Virus record (IMG/VR): IMGVR_UViG_2802429331_000003
Location: 64,001-86,792 of that record
Reading direction: 5' to 3' (one strand)
Origin: a virus
Taxonomy: Duplodnaviria; Heunggongvirae; Uroviricota; Caudoviricetes
Length of the DNA: 22,792 nt
This document shows, piece after piece, positions 1 to 7,454 of the stretch. The notes under the pieces are model-generated. The model saw only the letters and a list, made by a program, of their open reading frames with translations. It had not been told where the DNA came from and searched no databases. Within the stretch, counting starts at the first letter, position 1, and every line of letters starts with the position of its first letter. Position numbers and translations under genes: made by a program.

Positions 1-14
1 CCGAGCAGTTCGAG

Positions 15-467
15 ATGCGCGTCTCCCGGGCGGAACTGCTCGAGATGCTCGCCGGTGACGACGAACTGCCCGACGACCTTGACGAACTCGACGACGACGC
101 GGTCTCCGAACTCTTCGACTCGGAGGTACTGGCCGAGGAGGAGGGCAACGAGGCAGGCAATTACGTCGCCACCACGGACCGCGAGATCGACGAGATTGAG
201 ATCGTGCGGCCCATCCCGGACCAGTTCGCGCATTTGCGAGTGGGGCATCGAATCCGGGTCGTCCAGGTACTCGAAGAGCCTCGGTTCGAGTCGAAGAGAC
301 GCATCGAATCGGTCGGATCCATCATCGCCCTCGGCGGCTCGGGGCTGGTGCTGGCCTGCGGCGGCGGCTTCGCACCCACCTCTGTGAGCTGGCGGGACAA
401 CGTGGAGATCACCGCAGTGACCGATGGCATCGCCGAGGGCAAGATTGTCTCGGCCGCTTGGGACTAG
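15..467 (+). CDS. Hypothetical protein: acidic N-terminus, C-terminal beta-rich (SH3-like) domain; may start upstream of the window
   Basis: 150 aa ORF; frame is open to the window edge; followed 3 nt later by the next ORF. Confidence 0.7.
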   Translation: MRVSRAELLEMLAGDDELPDDLDELDDDAVSELFDSEVLAEEEGNEAGNYVATTDREIDEIEIVRPIPDQFAHLRVGHRIRVVQVLEEPRFESKRRIESVGSIIALGGSGLVLACGGGFAPTSVSWRDNVEITAVTDGIAEGKIVSAAWD

Positions 468-470
468 CCC

Positions 471-1079
471 ATGGGTGGCGACTTCAGCACCAACCACATC
501 AAGTACACGTGCAGGCGCTGTGGGCGAGTGGGTGTGGCCGCATTCAAGTCCTCGGACCCTGACGCTCGATACCTGACCTTCCCAGTGGTGTGTTACTGGG
601 AAGTACCTTGCGACCGAAGGTATTTCGCTCGGCGCGCAGCGCAGAAAGACGCCGAGCGAGTCAGGGCCGCCGAGCACGCGGCCGAGCTGGAGCTCTACGG
701 CATACAGCCGCCGGTCGATCTCGACAGCGATGCCCCGCGGCCGTCGACCGCCGAGGTCATCGCGGACTGGGGCGTCCGGGTCTACCCGATAGAGCAGCCG
801 CAACATGAGAACGGAGCGATTGAGACGTCCGGAAGTACGGAACTCACTGTCGGCCAAAAGGTTCGGGTCGTCCGAGAGTTCGACCGGCCCCACCGGCTGA
901 CCGGGCATCGCGGCGTCGTGTGGGTTGGCATCGTGACCGTCGACGACGGCATCACTTTCGGACTGAACCTCGGCGACCGCCACATCCAGATCGAGTGGCG
1001 ACCACGCAAGGACTTGGTGAAGACGCAGACCATCACCGGGGTCGACGCGTCCGAGCCTCCATCCAGAACTCATTTCTGA
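471..1079 (+). CDS. Hypothetical protein: N-terminal CxxC, C-terminal beta-rich domain similar to that of 15-467
   Basis: 202 aa ORF with CRRC motif; LTVGQKVRVV resembles LRVGHRIRVV of the upstream gene. Confidence 0.7.
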   Translation: MGGDFSTNHIKYTCRRCGRVGVAAFKSSDPDARYLTFPVVCYWEVPCDRRYFARRAAQKDAERVRAAEHAAELELYGIQPPVDLDSDAPRPSTAEVIADWGVRVYPIEQPQHENGAIETSGSTELTVGQKVRVVREFDRPHRLTGHRGVVWVGIVTVDDGITFGLNLGDRHIQIEWRPRKDLVKTQTITGVDASEPPSRTHF

Positions 1080-1110
1080 TGAAACCACCTCAAGGACAGG
1101 GAGATTCACT

Positions 1111-1716
1111 ATGCGCGAATACGACGAGCCGTTCATGCAGGAGATCGTTTACCACCTCGACGGCGACTGGCGCGCCGCCTACGACTTCGACCGGGTCAAG
1201 CTCTACTCCCTCGACAGCCAGCACCTCACGCTCGTCGACGGCGATGGGCAGCGCTTCGCCCAGGCGGTCGACCGCGGCAAGATCGTCGTCTGGGCTTCGT
1301 TCGGCGACTACTCCGGATACGCGGACCGCAAGTTCCAGAACACAATCCGGATCTCGAAAGCCAAGGGCGCGGCGAAGATTGCCGCCGAGATCCGACGACG
1401 ACTGCTGCTGGGGTATTGGGAGGAGTTCGCCGCGGCGAAGGCGAAGAAGCAAGCCGCGGACGACCGGGCCGCCAATCGCGCCGCGCAGATGCAGGAGCTA
1501 GCCGATATCACCGAGGGCTGGACCTACACCAACCACAGCAACTGGCGGCGCGACGAACCCCACGACGCGATGAACTCGAAACACATCGGGGCTGAGTTCA
1601 GCTACGACGACACCTTCAAACTCTCGGTGAAGGGAGTGCCGGCCGATGTGGTTGCCGATCTCGTGTGGCTGATCCACCACCGCCTCCAGGGCCACAAGCT
1701 AGCGACGGCTGCCTGA
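1111..1716 (+). CDS. Hypothetical phage protein
   Basis: RBS AGGGAG upstream of ATG; 201 aa; ends LATAA. Confidence 0.8.
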   Translation: MREYDEPFMQEIVYHLDGDWRAAYDFDRVKLYSLDSQHLTLVDGDGQRFAQAVDRGKIVVWASFGDYSGYADRKFQNTIRISKAKGAAKIAAEIRRRLLLGYWEEFAAAKAKKQAADDRAANRAAQMQELADITEGWTYTNHSNWRRDEPHDAMNSKHIGAEFSYDDTFKLSVKGVPADVVADLVWLIHHRLQGHKLATAA

Positions 1717-1763
1717 TCGCGGAGTGGTTGCGCCCCAGCAGATTCACGCTCGAGAATGGGCCG

Positions 1764-2153
1764 ATGAAGCTGGAGTATCGGTGGGCGGTGCTGGTGTGCG
1801 CGAATCCCAGCACCGCGACCGGCGCGCATGATTCAGGATGCTCCGAGTTCCAGCGAGTGCGCGCCCTGTGGGGTCCGTACGAGGAATCGCTGTCGGCGCT
1901 GGCAACCCGTCATCCACATGCACGGGTAACCGGCGCGCTGATGCTGCATGGCGACTTCCATTTCGGTCCGGTCGATCGGTTCGAGCATGTGGCCGGCGGC
2001 GGCCTGTGCCGGTTCTGCAAAGTCGGCCGCGGCCCGATGGTGAAGTCGATCGACGGGCCGGTGTTCGCCTGCCCCAGTTGCTATGCGCTGCGGGGATATC
2101 GGCCCATGCACGAGAAGGCCGAGGTTATGGAATTCGGCGTGTTGATCGCCTGA
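1764..2153 (+). CDS. Hypothetical protein with C-terminal zinc-ribbon-like CxxC...CxxC
   Basis: Part of track ORF 1665-2153. ATG at 1764 avoids overlap with the upstream gene. Motifs CRFC and CPSC. Start uncertain. Confidence 0.65.
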   Translation: MKLEYRWAVLVCANPSTATGAHDSGCSEFQRVRALWGPYEESLSALATRHPHARVTGALMLHGDFHFGPVDRFEHVAGGGLCRFCKVGRGPMVKSIDGPVFACPSCYALRGYRPMHEKAEVMEFGVLIA

Positions 2154-2187
2154 GCGAAGGTGGAAGAAGTAGATGAAGGGTGCAGCG

Positions 2188-2385
2188 ATGGGTTTGAGAT
2201 TGGAGCCGACGGCCGAGGAAGGCACGAGTCTGGCGTGGAACTCCGGTAGGAGGGTCGCGGGCGTAGTGATCGAACTGACCGGGGGCACATGGTTGTTCAT
2301 GGCCACGAATGACCACCCGTTCATCGGCACCGATCTCAAGGAAGGCTTGGCCGAGCTGGAACGCACGGACGAGGCTGGCGAGTAA
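2188..2385 (+). CDS. Small hypothetical protein (65 aa)
   Basis: GAAGGG RBS before ATG 2188 (alternative start 2173); stop codon lies in the loop of a terminator hairpin. Confidence 0.65.
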   Translation: MGLRLEPTAEEGTSLAWNSGRRVAGVVIELTGGTWLFMATNDHPFIGTDLKEGLAELERTDEAGE

Positions 2386-2407
2386 TCGCTGGCCTCGTTT
2401 CGTTTCT
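2371..2407 (+). terminator. Intrinsic terminator
   Basis: 11-bp stem GAGGCTGGCGA/TCGCTGGCCTC (two G-U pairs), GTAA loop, followed by GTTTCGTTTCT; lies between convergent genes. Confidence 0.75.
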
Positions 2408-2415
2408 GCCCCGGG

Positions 2416-3156
2416 TTACGCTGCCGCGGCCTGATCCCGAACCGGCGTCAGACGGTAGGTAACCCAGGGCCGGTGCGGCAGGTGCGGCTTGTCAATCCTG
2501 ACTTCGCGCTGGCTGATGCTCCAATCGAACGGGGAGGCGAGCCGCAGAATCGGCTGCTGGGCTAAGGGTTCGACCGGGTCGGTGATCCACATGTGTGCCC
2601 AACGCGGGTGGGATTCGCAGCGCTGGGTGATGTCTGCGATTCGCGTGGGCGACATGGCCAGCGGCCCCATCATGCGCAGTCCGTAGGTGAAGGTGTGGGC
2701 GATTCGCTCCCAATCCAGCAGCACGACCTTCGCGTAGGGCTCGGTGAAGAGCCATTCGACCATACTCGCCTTGGCCTGCAACCCGGGGAAGGTGTTGTCC
2801 CAGTGCTGGTTTGTGCCGAAGACATAGCCTTCGGGCAGCGCGAGGTAAGCGGCCGGATAGGGCAGGTCCGCAAGGTCGGCCATGTCGGCGGCGGTCGGCA
2901 CACCCCCGGCTGGCCCAAGGATGCGGTCCAGCATCCCGGGGAAGAGAGCGGCGATGATGCGCTCGCGGTAGATGTATGGGATCAGCAATGCGTCGAAGAG
3001 GGTGCCGAGGGATTCAAGGCCGGGGACGAGCTTGCCGGCCTCGATCTTCTCGATTGCCGATTTCGACAGTCCTGCCAGTTCTGCGAGCTGGGCCTGCGTG
3101 TACCTCAAGGTTTCGCGTCTCGACCGAACGAACTGCGGGAGCGTCGTCCTGGGCAT
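2416..3156 (-). CDS. MmyB-type transcriptional regulator (XRE HTH plus PAS-like ligand-binding domain)
   Basis: N-terminal XRE HTH (RRETLRYTQAQLAELAGLSKSAIEKIEAG); C-terminal PAAYL...TNQHW...VEWLF...LLDWERIAH matches the MmyB ligand-binding domain; GAGG RBS. Confidence 0.85.
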   Translation of the reverse strand: MPRTTLPQFVRSRRETLRYTQAQLAELAGLSKSAIEKIEAGKLVPGLESLGTLFDALLIPYIYRERIIAALFPGMLDRILGPAGGVPTAADMADLADLPYPAAYLALPEGYVFGTNQHWDNTFPGLQAKASMVEWLFTEPYAKVVLLDWERIAHTFTYGLRMMGPLAMSPTRIADITQRCESHPRWAHMWITDPVEPLAQQPILRLASPFDWSISQREVRIDKPHLPHRPWVTYRLTPVRDQAAAA

Positions 3157-3434
3157 GGGGGTGCACCTCGTTGTGTTATGCCGTGGGTCCGCACCGGCTG
3201 TGCGGCGATGTCTTCACTCCAGGCGCGGCTGCGAGTGGTTGCCATTTCTACCATCGCGACTGGTCGATTGACCAACCAGCGTTGGGGGCTGTGCGCAACC
3301 ACACGTTTAGCGCATTGTCGCAGGTTGAGCGATCAAATATGACTCAAGCAACCCGTGGGCAACTAGTCGGCGCGGGTCACGCAGCCTCGTGCAGCCGCAG
3401 GGACCAATCGGAGTCACCGAAAGATAGGAGATGC

Positions 3435-3686
3435 ATGGGAGCAGGAATTCGGGCGGCGATCTCGCGGCGTCAGCAGCGGGAGATCGACCTCATCCACGAA
3501 GCGGGCCGCAAGCACGCACGAAAGGAGCTGGACGAGCGAATCGACGAGGCCGTGAAGAAGGCGCGGAAGGCTATCAGCCGGGGAGATCATCGCGCTGCTC
3601 AGCGTTACGCCGATCAAGCGAACGCCGACATCTTCGTTCGCGATATGGAAGGGGCTGGGGACGTGGACCTGCTGGGAAGGCCGTAG
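3435..3686 (+). CDS. Small helical hypothetical protein (83 aa)
   Basis: Strong RBS ATAGGAG before ATG 3435; C-terminal part of track ORF 2976-3686. Confidence 0.65.
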   Translation: MGAGIRAAISRRQQREIDLIHEAGRKHARKELDERIDEAVKKARKAISRGDHRAAQRYADQANADIFVRDMEGAGDVDLLGRP

Positions 3687-3696
3687 ATACCAGCAT

Positions 3697-3734
3697 CCCC
3701 GAGCGCACGAAAAGGACCAGGCGTGCGCCCGGGG
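3697..3734. terminator. Hairpin after 3435-3686; probable terminator
   Basis: CCCCGAGCGCACG / CGTGCGCCCGGGG, 12 of 13 bp paired; no U-tract. Confidence 0.45.
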
Positions 3735-3807
3735 AAGCGGGCCCCGGCTCGGCGCGGTTTCCGCGAGGCTCGAGACGGGTGGCGGGACTTCAGATCGTCA
3801 CCGGCCA

Positions 3808-3829
3808 TATTCAGTTGTTATTCAGTTGT
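3808..3829. repeat. Perfect tandem 11-bp direct repeat TATTCAGTTGT x2, inside an inverted repeat (3778-3788 / 3828-3839)
   Basis: Read directly from the sequence; AT-rich repeat in a GC-rich intergenic region. Confidence 0.9.
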
Positions 3830-3889
3830 CCCCGCCACCGGCAGGGTGAGCGACGCTCGCATCTGAGGTTACTGCCCGTTTGCGACTTG

Positions 3890-4657
3890 TCACGAGGTTT
3901 GAACACCCTGCCGCAGCGGCCAGCCGCTATCGGGGTTGGCGGCCCGTCGTTCCAGCTCAGCAGCCCGTTGAGCAAGTTCTTCGATGCGGGCGCGCAGGTT
4001 CGCGGCTTTGGTGATCGCCCAGTTGCGGTAGCTGTCGGAGTTGTGCCGATGCCACAGGGCTTGGGCGTCCATCAGCTGCGGCACGGTGAGCGCTCCGACC
4101 TCGGGGTAGGTGCGGGCCAGAACCCAGGCAAGGCGCATGGCGGCCATGCTGTCGTCGTCGGCGTTGTGCGCGTTCTCCAGGGCCACGCCGTAGTGTGCGG
4201 CCACCATGCGGAGGGTGCGCTTCTCGCGGCGGTCCGGATCCCAGTACTTGTCAATCACGTACGGATCTACGACCGGTCCCGGCCGCCACACCCGCGCGCC
4301 TGTACGGGCGGACTCGGCAGCCATGACGGTGCAGTCGTAGGCGCCGTTGTAGATCGCGACCACCGCGCCTTGGTCCCACAGCCAGTTCAGGGCGTTGGTG
4401 ATTTCAGCGAGGCCGGCCGTGTAGTCCATGCCCTCGGCGCGGGCCTGCTCGGTGGAGATACCGTGCACTTCGGTTGCGCCCTGCGGAATCTCGCAGCCTG
4501 GATCCAGCAGCCAAGTCCGCTTGCTCAGCTTTCCTTCGTGGAAGTACGCCAGGCATGCGGTCACGATCCGCGCGGTTTCCGGTTCTGGGCCGGTGGTTTC
4601 GAGATCGAATCCGCCAAGGATTCGCTGGGTCCATGGGCCGTCGGTCAGAACGGGCAC
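3890..4657 (-). CDS. DnaQ-like (DEDDh) 3'-5' exonuclease
   Basis: ExoI FDLETTG, ExoII YNGAYD, ExoIII AHNADDD; GTG start overlaps the upstream gene. Confidence 0.92.
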   Translation of the reverse strand: MPVLTDGPWTQRILGGFDLETTGPEPETARIVTACLAYFHEGKLSKRTWLLDPGCEIPQGATEVHGISTEQARAEGMDYTAGLAEITNALNWLWDQGAVVAIYNGAYDCTVMAAESARTGARVWRPGPVVDPYVIDKYWDPDRREKRTLRMVAAHYGVALENAHNADDDSMAAMRLAWVLARTYPEVGALTVPQLMDAQALWHRHNSDSYRNWAITKAANLRARIEELAQRAAELERRAANPDSGWPLRQGVQTS

Positions 4658-5022
4658 TCGATTTCCTCCCCCTTCGCCGGCCGTGTGGTGGGCCGATCAT
4701 CGAAGCTGCGGTGCAGAACCATGAAGGCGGCCAACGTGATTCCATGCCACACCGCGCACATGATGTGTTTGGCACCGGTCTCTTCGTCGATGTCTTCGCC
4801 GTCCCAGAACGCCCAGGCGTGACGCATCATCGCGTCGAACGAGAGCGACCAGTCATACCCCTTGCGCCAGTTGTCATCTGAGTACTTGGCCGCGCCGCGG
4901 CCATAGAGTTCGGCGAGCTCGCGGAGCGGGCCGGCGGGGATGAGTCCGAAGCGTGCAAGCTTGCGGCCCTTCTGCCCGCCGGTGCGGCTGGTGACTCGCT
5001 CTTCGATCGGTGCCGAGTTCAC
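4645..5022 (-). CDS. dATP/dGTP diphosphohydrolase domain protein (DUF5664-like)
   Basis: GxK...RFGLIP...ELAELYGRGAAKYSDDNWRKG...DAMMRHAWAFWDGEDIDEETGAKH...WH is characteristic. GTG 5022 has a GAGGGG RBS and is coupled to the upstream stop. Confidence 0.85.
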   Translation of the reverse strand: MNSAPIEERVTSRTGGQKGRKLARFGLIPAGPLRELAELYGRGAAKYSDDNWRKGYDWSLSFDAMMRHAWAFWDGEDIDEETGAKHIMCAVWHGITLAAFMVLHRSFDDRPTTRPAKGEEIECPF

Positions 5023-5198
5023 CGACTCAGCCCCTCGGCTACCAGCTGAACCGCCCATACCAGGGCGAGCATGACCGTGAATCCCTCAGAGCAGCGCGAC
5101 CACCGCCACAGTCGGTCAGCCCATTTCAGGGACGCCGCCAGGTAGGCGATCTCCAACAAGCAGGTGATCACCAGCGCAATCGCGATCACTAACCACAT
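5019..5198 (-). CDS. Small membrane protein, 59 aa, two hydrophobic helices (absent from the ORF track)
   Basis: Hand translation MWLVIAIALVITCLLEIAYLAASLKWADRLWRWSRCSEGFTVMLALVWAVQLVAEGLSR; GAGGG RBS; its TGA overlaps the GTG of the DUF5664 gene (GTGA). Confidence 0.7.
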   Translation of the reverse strand: MWLVIAIALVITCLLEIAYLAASLKWADRLWRWSRCSEGFTVMLALVWAVQLVAEGLSR

Positions 5199-5259
5199 GC
5201 GGCCGAGCCCTCACTTTCCATCCGGTCGACGGGACGAGACCGCCCCGATACCGTTCCAT

Positions 5260-5287
5260 ATCCCATACACCATAGTGTGCATGGGAC
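5260..5287. promoter_or_regulatory. Pseudo-palindromic operator (RTCCCA-N16-TGGGAY) enclosing overlapping divergent -10 elements
   Basis: ATCCCA-tacacca-TAGTGT-gca-TGGGAC on + strand and GTCCCA-tgcacac-TATGGT-gta-TGGGAT on - strand; lies between divergent genes 5198 and 5309. Confidence 0.65.
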
Positions 5288-5308
5288 GTATGACAGAAAG
5301 AGGACACT

Positions 5309-5824
5309 ATGCACTACGACGTCACAACGAGCAGCTGGGACGGATATAACCCGGACTCTGCCTGGTGCGAGCTGGAGCATCTAGCATTCCAAATGGAGGA
5401 GCTGTCGAACGCATACGGTGCCCTTATAGACCGTGGGGAGGAGACCTACAAGGACGAGGAGCGCTTCTCCGATCGCATGCAGGAACTTCGGGAGCAACGC
5501 GACCTCGCCGAAGCCAAGCTCACCGTGTGGCTGCTTGGCGGAGGCCGGCGGCCCAAACGGATGCCCGTGCCGGAGATCGTTGCCAAGCCAAACTCGGCCC
5601 GCACCGGAGGACAGCTCCTCGACCCTGATGCCCAGTGGGCCGACATCGTGCGCCTCGAGGCCACCGTCGAAGCCCTCAACGCCGCGGACGCGGACGGCGA
5701 CGACTCCGAAAGCATCCGATCGTGCGAAGAACTCGGCGACCGGATCCGCGATCTGAAAGCCAATCTCCTCGACCAGCTCGCAATCGGCATCCAACCGCCG
5801 GCCGCGTGGTCCGCCCCTGCGTGA
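5309..5824 (+). CDS. Hypothetical acidic coiled-coil protein
   Basis: RBS GAAAGAGGA; 171 aa. Confidence 0.8.
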   Translation: MHYDVTTSSWDGYNPDSAWCELEHLAFQMEELSNAYGALIDRGEETYKDEERFSDRMQELREQRDLAEAKLTVWLLGGGRRPKRMPVPEIVAKPNSARTGGQLLDPDAQWADIVRLEATVEALNAADADGDDSESIRSCEELGDRIRDLKANLLDQLAIGIQPPAAWSAPA

Positions 5825-5853
5825 CAACCCATCCCCAACCGAACGGAGTCCTC

Positions 5854-6354
5854 ATGCCCCTGATCCTCAAGCTCGACGAATCGACCGCGGCCGAAGCCTT
5901 CACGTCATACGAATGGTCCGAGGACTGGGTCATCCGCGGCGGCACCGACCAGATCGACGGCTGGTGCTGGCACAACTCCTGGTGCGAGATCATCGGCGAC
6001 ATCGTCGACGCCATCAACCGCGGCCTCCACGACAACGGCCTTCTTATCTACCCCGAACTCCTCACCGCTGACAGCACCGTTCCTGCAATCAAAGATGTTG
6101 TCGCCCAGGGCATCACCTTGGCCTACGAGTTGCTAGCCGACCGCATGGGCCACATCGAGGGCATCAGCCTTCGCCTCAAGTCGATCGAGGGCGTCGTCAT
6201 CGTCACCGTCGAGTGCTCCAGCCGCGACGACATTCCCTTCCTCGACGAAGCCTGGTCTACCACCGCAGACCGGACCTACCCCTCGGTCCTGCGCGGGGTT
6301 CTCCAAATGCTCGCCGACGAATTCAAATGCCTCGCCGCGGTTTTCGGCCTCTGA
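5854..6354 (+). CDS. Hypothetical acidic protein (166 aa)
   Basis: RBS CGGAG before ATG 5854; C-terminal part of track ORF 5635-6354. Confidence 0.75.
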   Translation: MPLILKLDESTAAEAFTSYEWSEDWVIRGGTDQIDGWCWHNSWCEIIGDIVDAINRGLHDNGLLIYPELLTADSTVPAIKDVVAQGITLAYELLADRMGHIEGISLRLKSIEGVVIVTVECSSRDDIPFLDEAWSTTADRTYPSVLRGVLQMLADEFKCLAAVFGL

Positions 6355-6374
6355 CATCCACACAGGAGACAGCC

Positions 6375-6968
6375 ATGTTCGTACCCACCTCTATCCTCGA
6401 ATCCCTTGACGCCCTACTCGAATACAACTGGGACGACGAGCAACGCGACTACGCTGAGAACGGTTTCGAGCCAGGCCACCTGTTCGAGCACATGGGCCGA
6501 CTTGCATTCTGGCGCAAGAAAATGTCCAGCCCCGACCCCACTCTCGAGCTGCGTGTCGATGAGAAGCTGTTCGCCGCTGCCGCAGCTCGGACAGAGGTGC
6601 CGGTCGACGGCGATTGGGCGGCGGGTTGGACTGACGCACTGTTCAGCCTCATCCGAGCCACCGCCGAAGTCGAGGAATCCCCCGGCGGTGTCATGTTCAG
6701 CGTGACCGGCCTCGCCGAACGCGCGGATGTCACCTATGACACCGACTACGACGAGTGCGGCGAGATCCGCGGCATCGAGTTGTTCGTGGAGTCCTGCAAC
6801 TCCGAAACCCGGCTGGCTCGTGTCTATTACGACAGCTTCGACCGCATCAACGAACCGCGCTACCTGCCGTGGCGGCGCGACATTGCGACCGGTGAGCAAC
6901 TACTGCTGGCGGTGATCAGCGACCTCAACCATGCCCTACGCGAGGTCCGCAACACGTTCGTCCGCTGA
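6375..6968 (+). CDS. Hypothetical acidic phage protein (197 aa)
   Basis: RBS CAGGAG before ATG 6375; N-terminal LLEYNWDDEQRDYAE...GHLF segment. Confidence 0.8.
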   Translation: MFVPTSILESLDALLEYNWDDEQRDYAENGFEPGHLFEHMGRLAFWRKKMSSPDPTLELRVDEKLFAAAAARTEVPVDGDWAAGWTDALFSLIRATAEVEESPGGVMFSVTGLAERADVTYDTDYDECGEIRGIELFVESCNSETRLARVYYDSFDRINEPRYLPWRRDIATGEQLLLAVISDLNHALREVRNTFVR

Positions 6969-7107
6969 CCGAAGGATGCCGCGTCCCTCTGGCCAATCGC
7001 GAAAGGGGGAACTGGCGGGCCAGGCTACGGCCAGCGAGATGACCATGGTCGATTCGCTACTCAAGGCCGTGTTCGGGTTCTAAGGCTGAAAGACTGACCA
7101 CAGGCAG

Positions 7108-7146
7108 ACGACGGAACCCCGGTCATATTGGCCGAGGTTCCGTCGT
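7108..7146. terminator. Stem-loop; probable terminator or RNA processing site
   Basis: Perfect 11-bp inverted repeat ACGACGGAACC/GGTTCCGTCGT extended by CGG/CCG; no clear U-tract. Confidence 0.55.
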
Positions 7147-7173
7147 TCACGAACACGCAGGGCAGGGGCACAC

Positions 7174-7452
7174 ATGCCAGATGAACTGGACAAAGCCAGG
7201 GCGGAAGTACGAACCGAATTGACCCTCGCGGCCATGGACCAGCTGAACCTGCCCTTGGCCGAGGCCGCGGACGCCATTCAGCATGTGCGGTGGCGCGACG
7301 TCGATCTAGACAAAGGAACTGTTCTTCTCCCGCGGCGGCTTCCCGACCTTCACCCCGAAATCATCGCGGCGCTTCAGCGCCAAGCGGCCGAGATGTCAGA
7401 CCGCGATGGCATGCTCTTCGACAATCGGGCCAACCGCGACGACAAGGACTGA
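7174..7452 (+). CDS. Mini-protein (92 aa) resembling part of a tyrosine recombinase catalytic domain, lacking catalytic residues; remnant or repurposed
   Basis: VRWRDVDLDKGTVLL, LHPEIIAALQRQ and DGMLF match integrase motifs. NLPLAEA sits where GxRxGE is expected. No HxxR or Tyr. Confidence 0.6.
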   Translation: MPDELDKARAEVRTELTLAAMDQLNLPLAEAADAIQHVRWRDVDLDKGTVLLPRRLPDLHPEIIAALQRQAAEMSDRDGMLFDNRANRDDKD

Positions 7453-7454
7453 AC

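Noticed and set aside
3431-4822. 463-aa + strand ORF and other long alternative-frame ORFs (for example 2593-3342, 10384-11421, 13355-14248, 16155-17015, 17329-18123)
   Set aside because: Antisense shadows of well-supported genes; low-complexity Arg/Gly/Ala-rich translations are expected in high-GC DNA; no motifs.
4645-5022. Claim of a 2-aminoadenine (Z) genome
   Set aside because: DUF5664 alone is insufficient; no purZ, datZ or dedicated polymerase is in the window.
5854-6968. Possible paralogy of the two adjacent acidic proteins (DG.W...W and I.GI.L segments)
   Set aside because: Similarity by eye is too weak to distinguish from composition; needs profile-profile comparison.
6976-7083. 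35-codon ORF MPRPSGQ...LLKAVFGF between 6968 and the hairpin
   Set aside because: The GAAGG is directly adjacent to the ATG (no spacing) and there is no other support; cannot be called without ribosome profiling or homologs.
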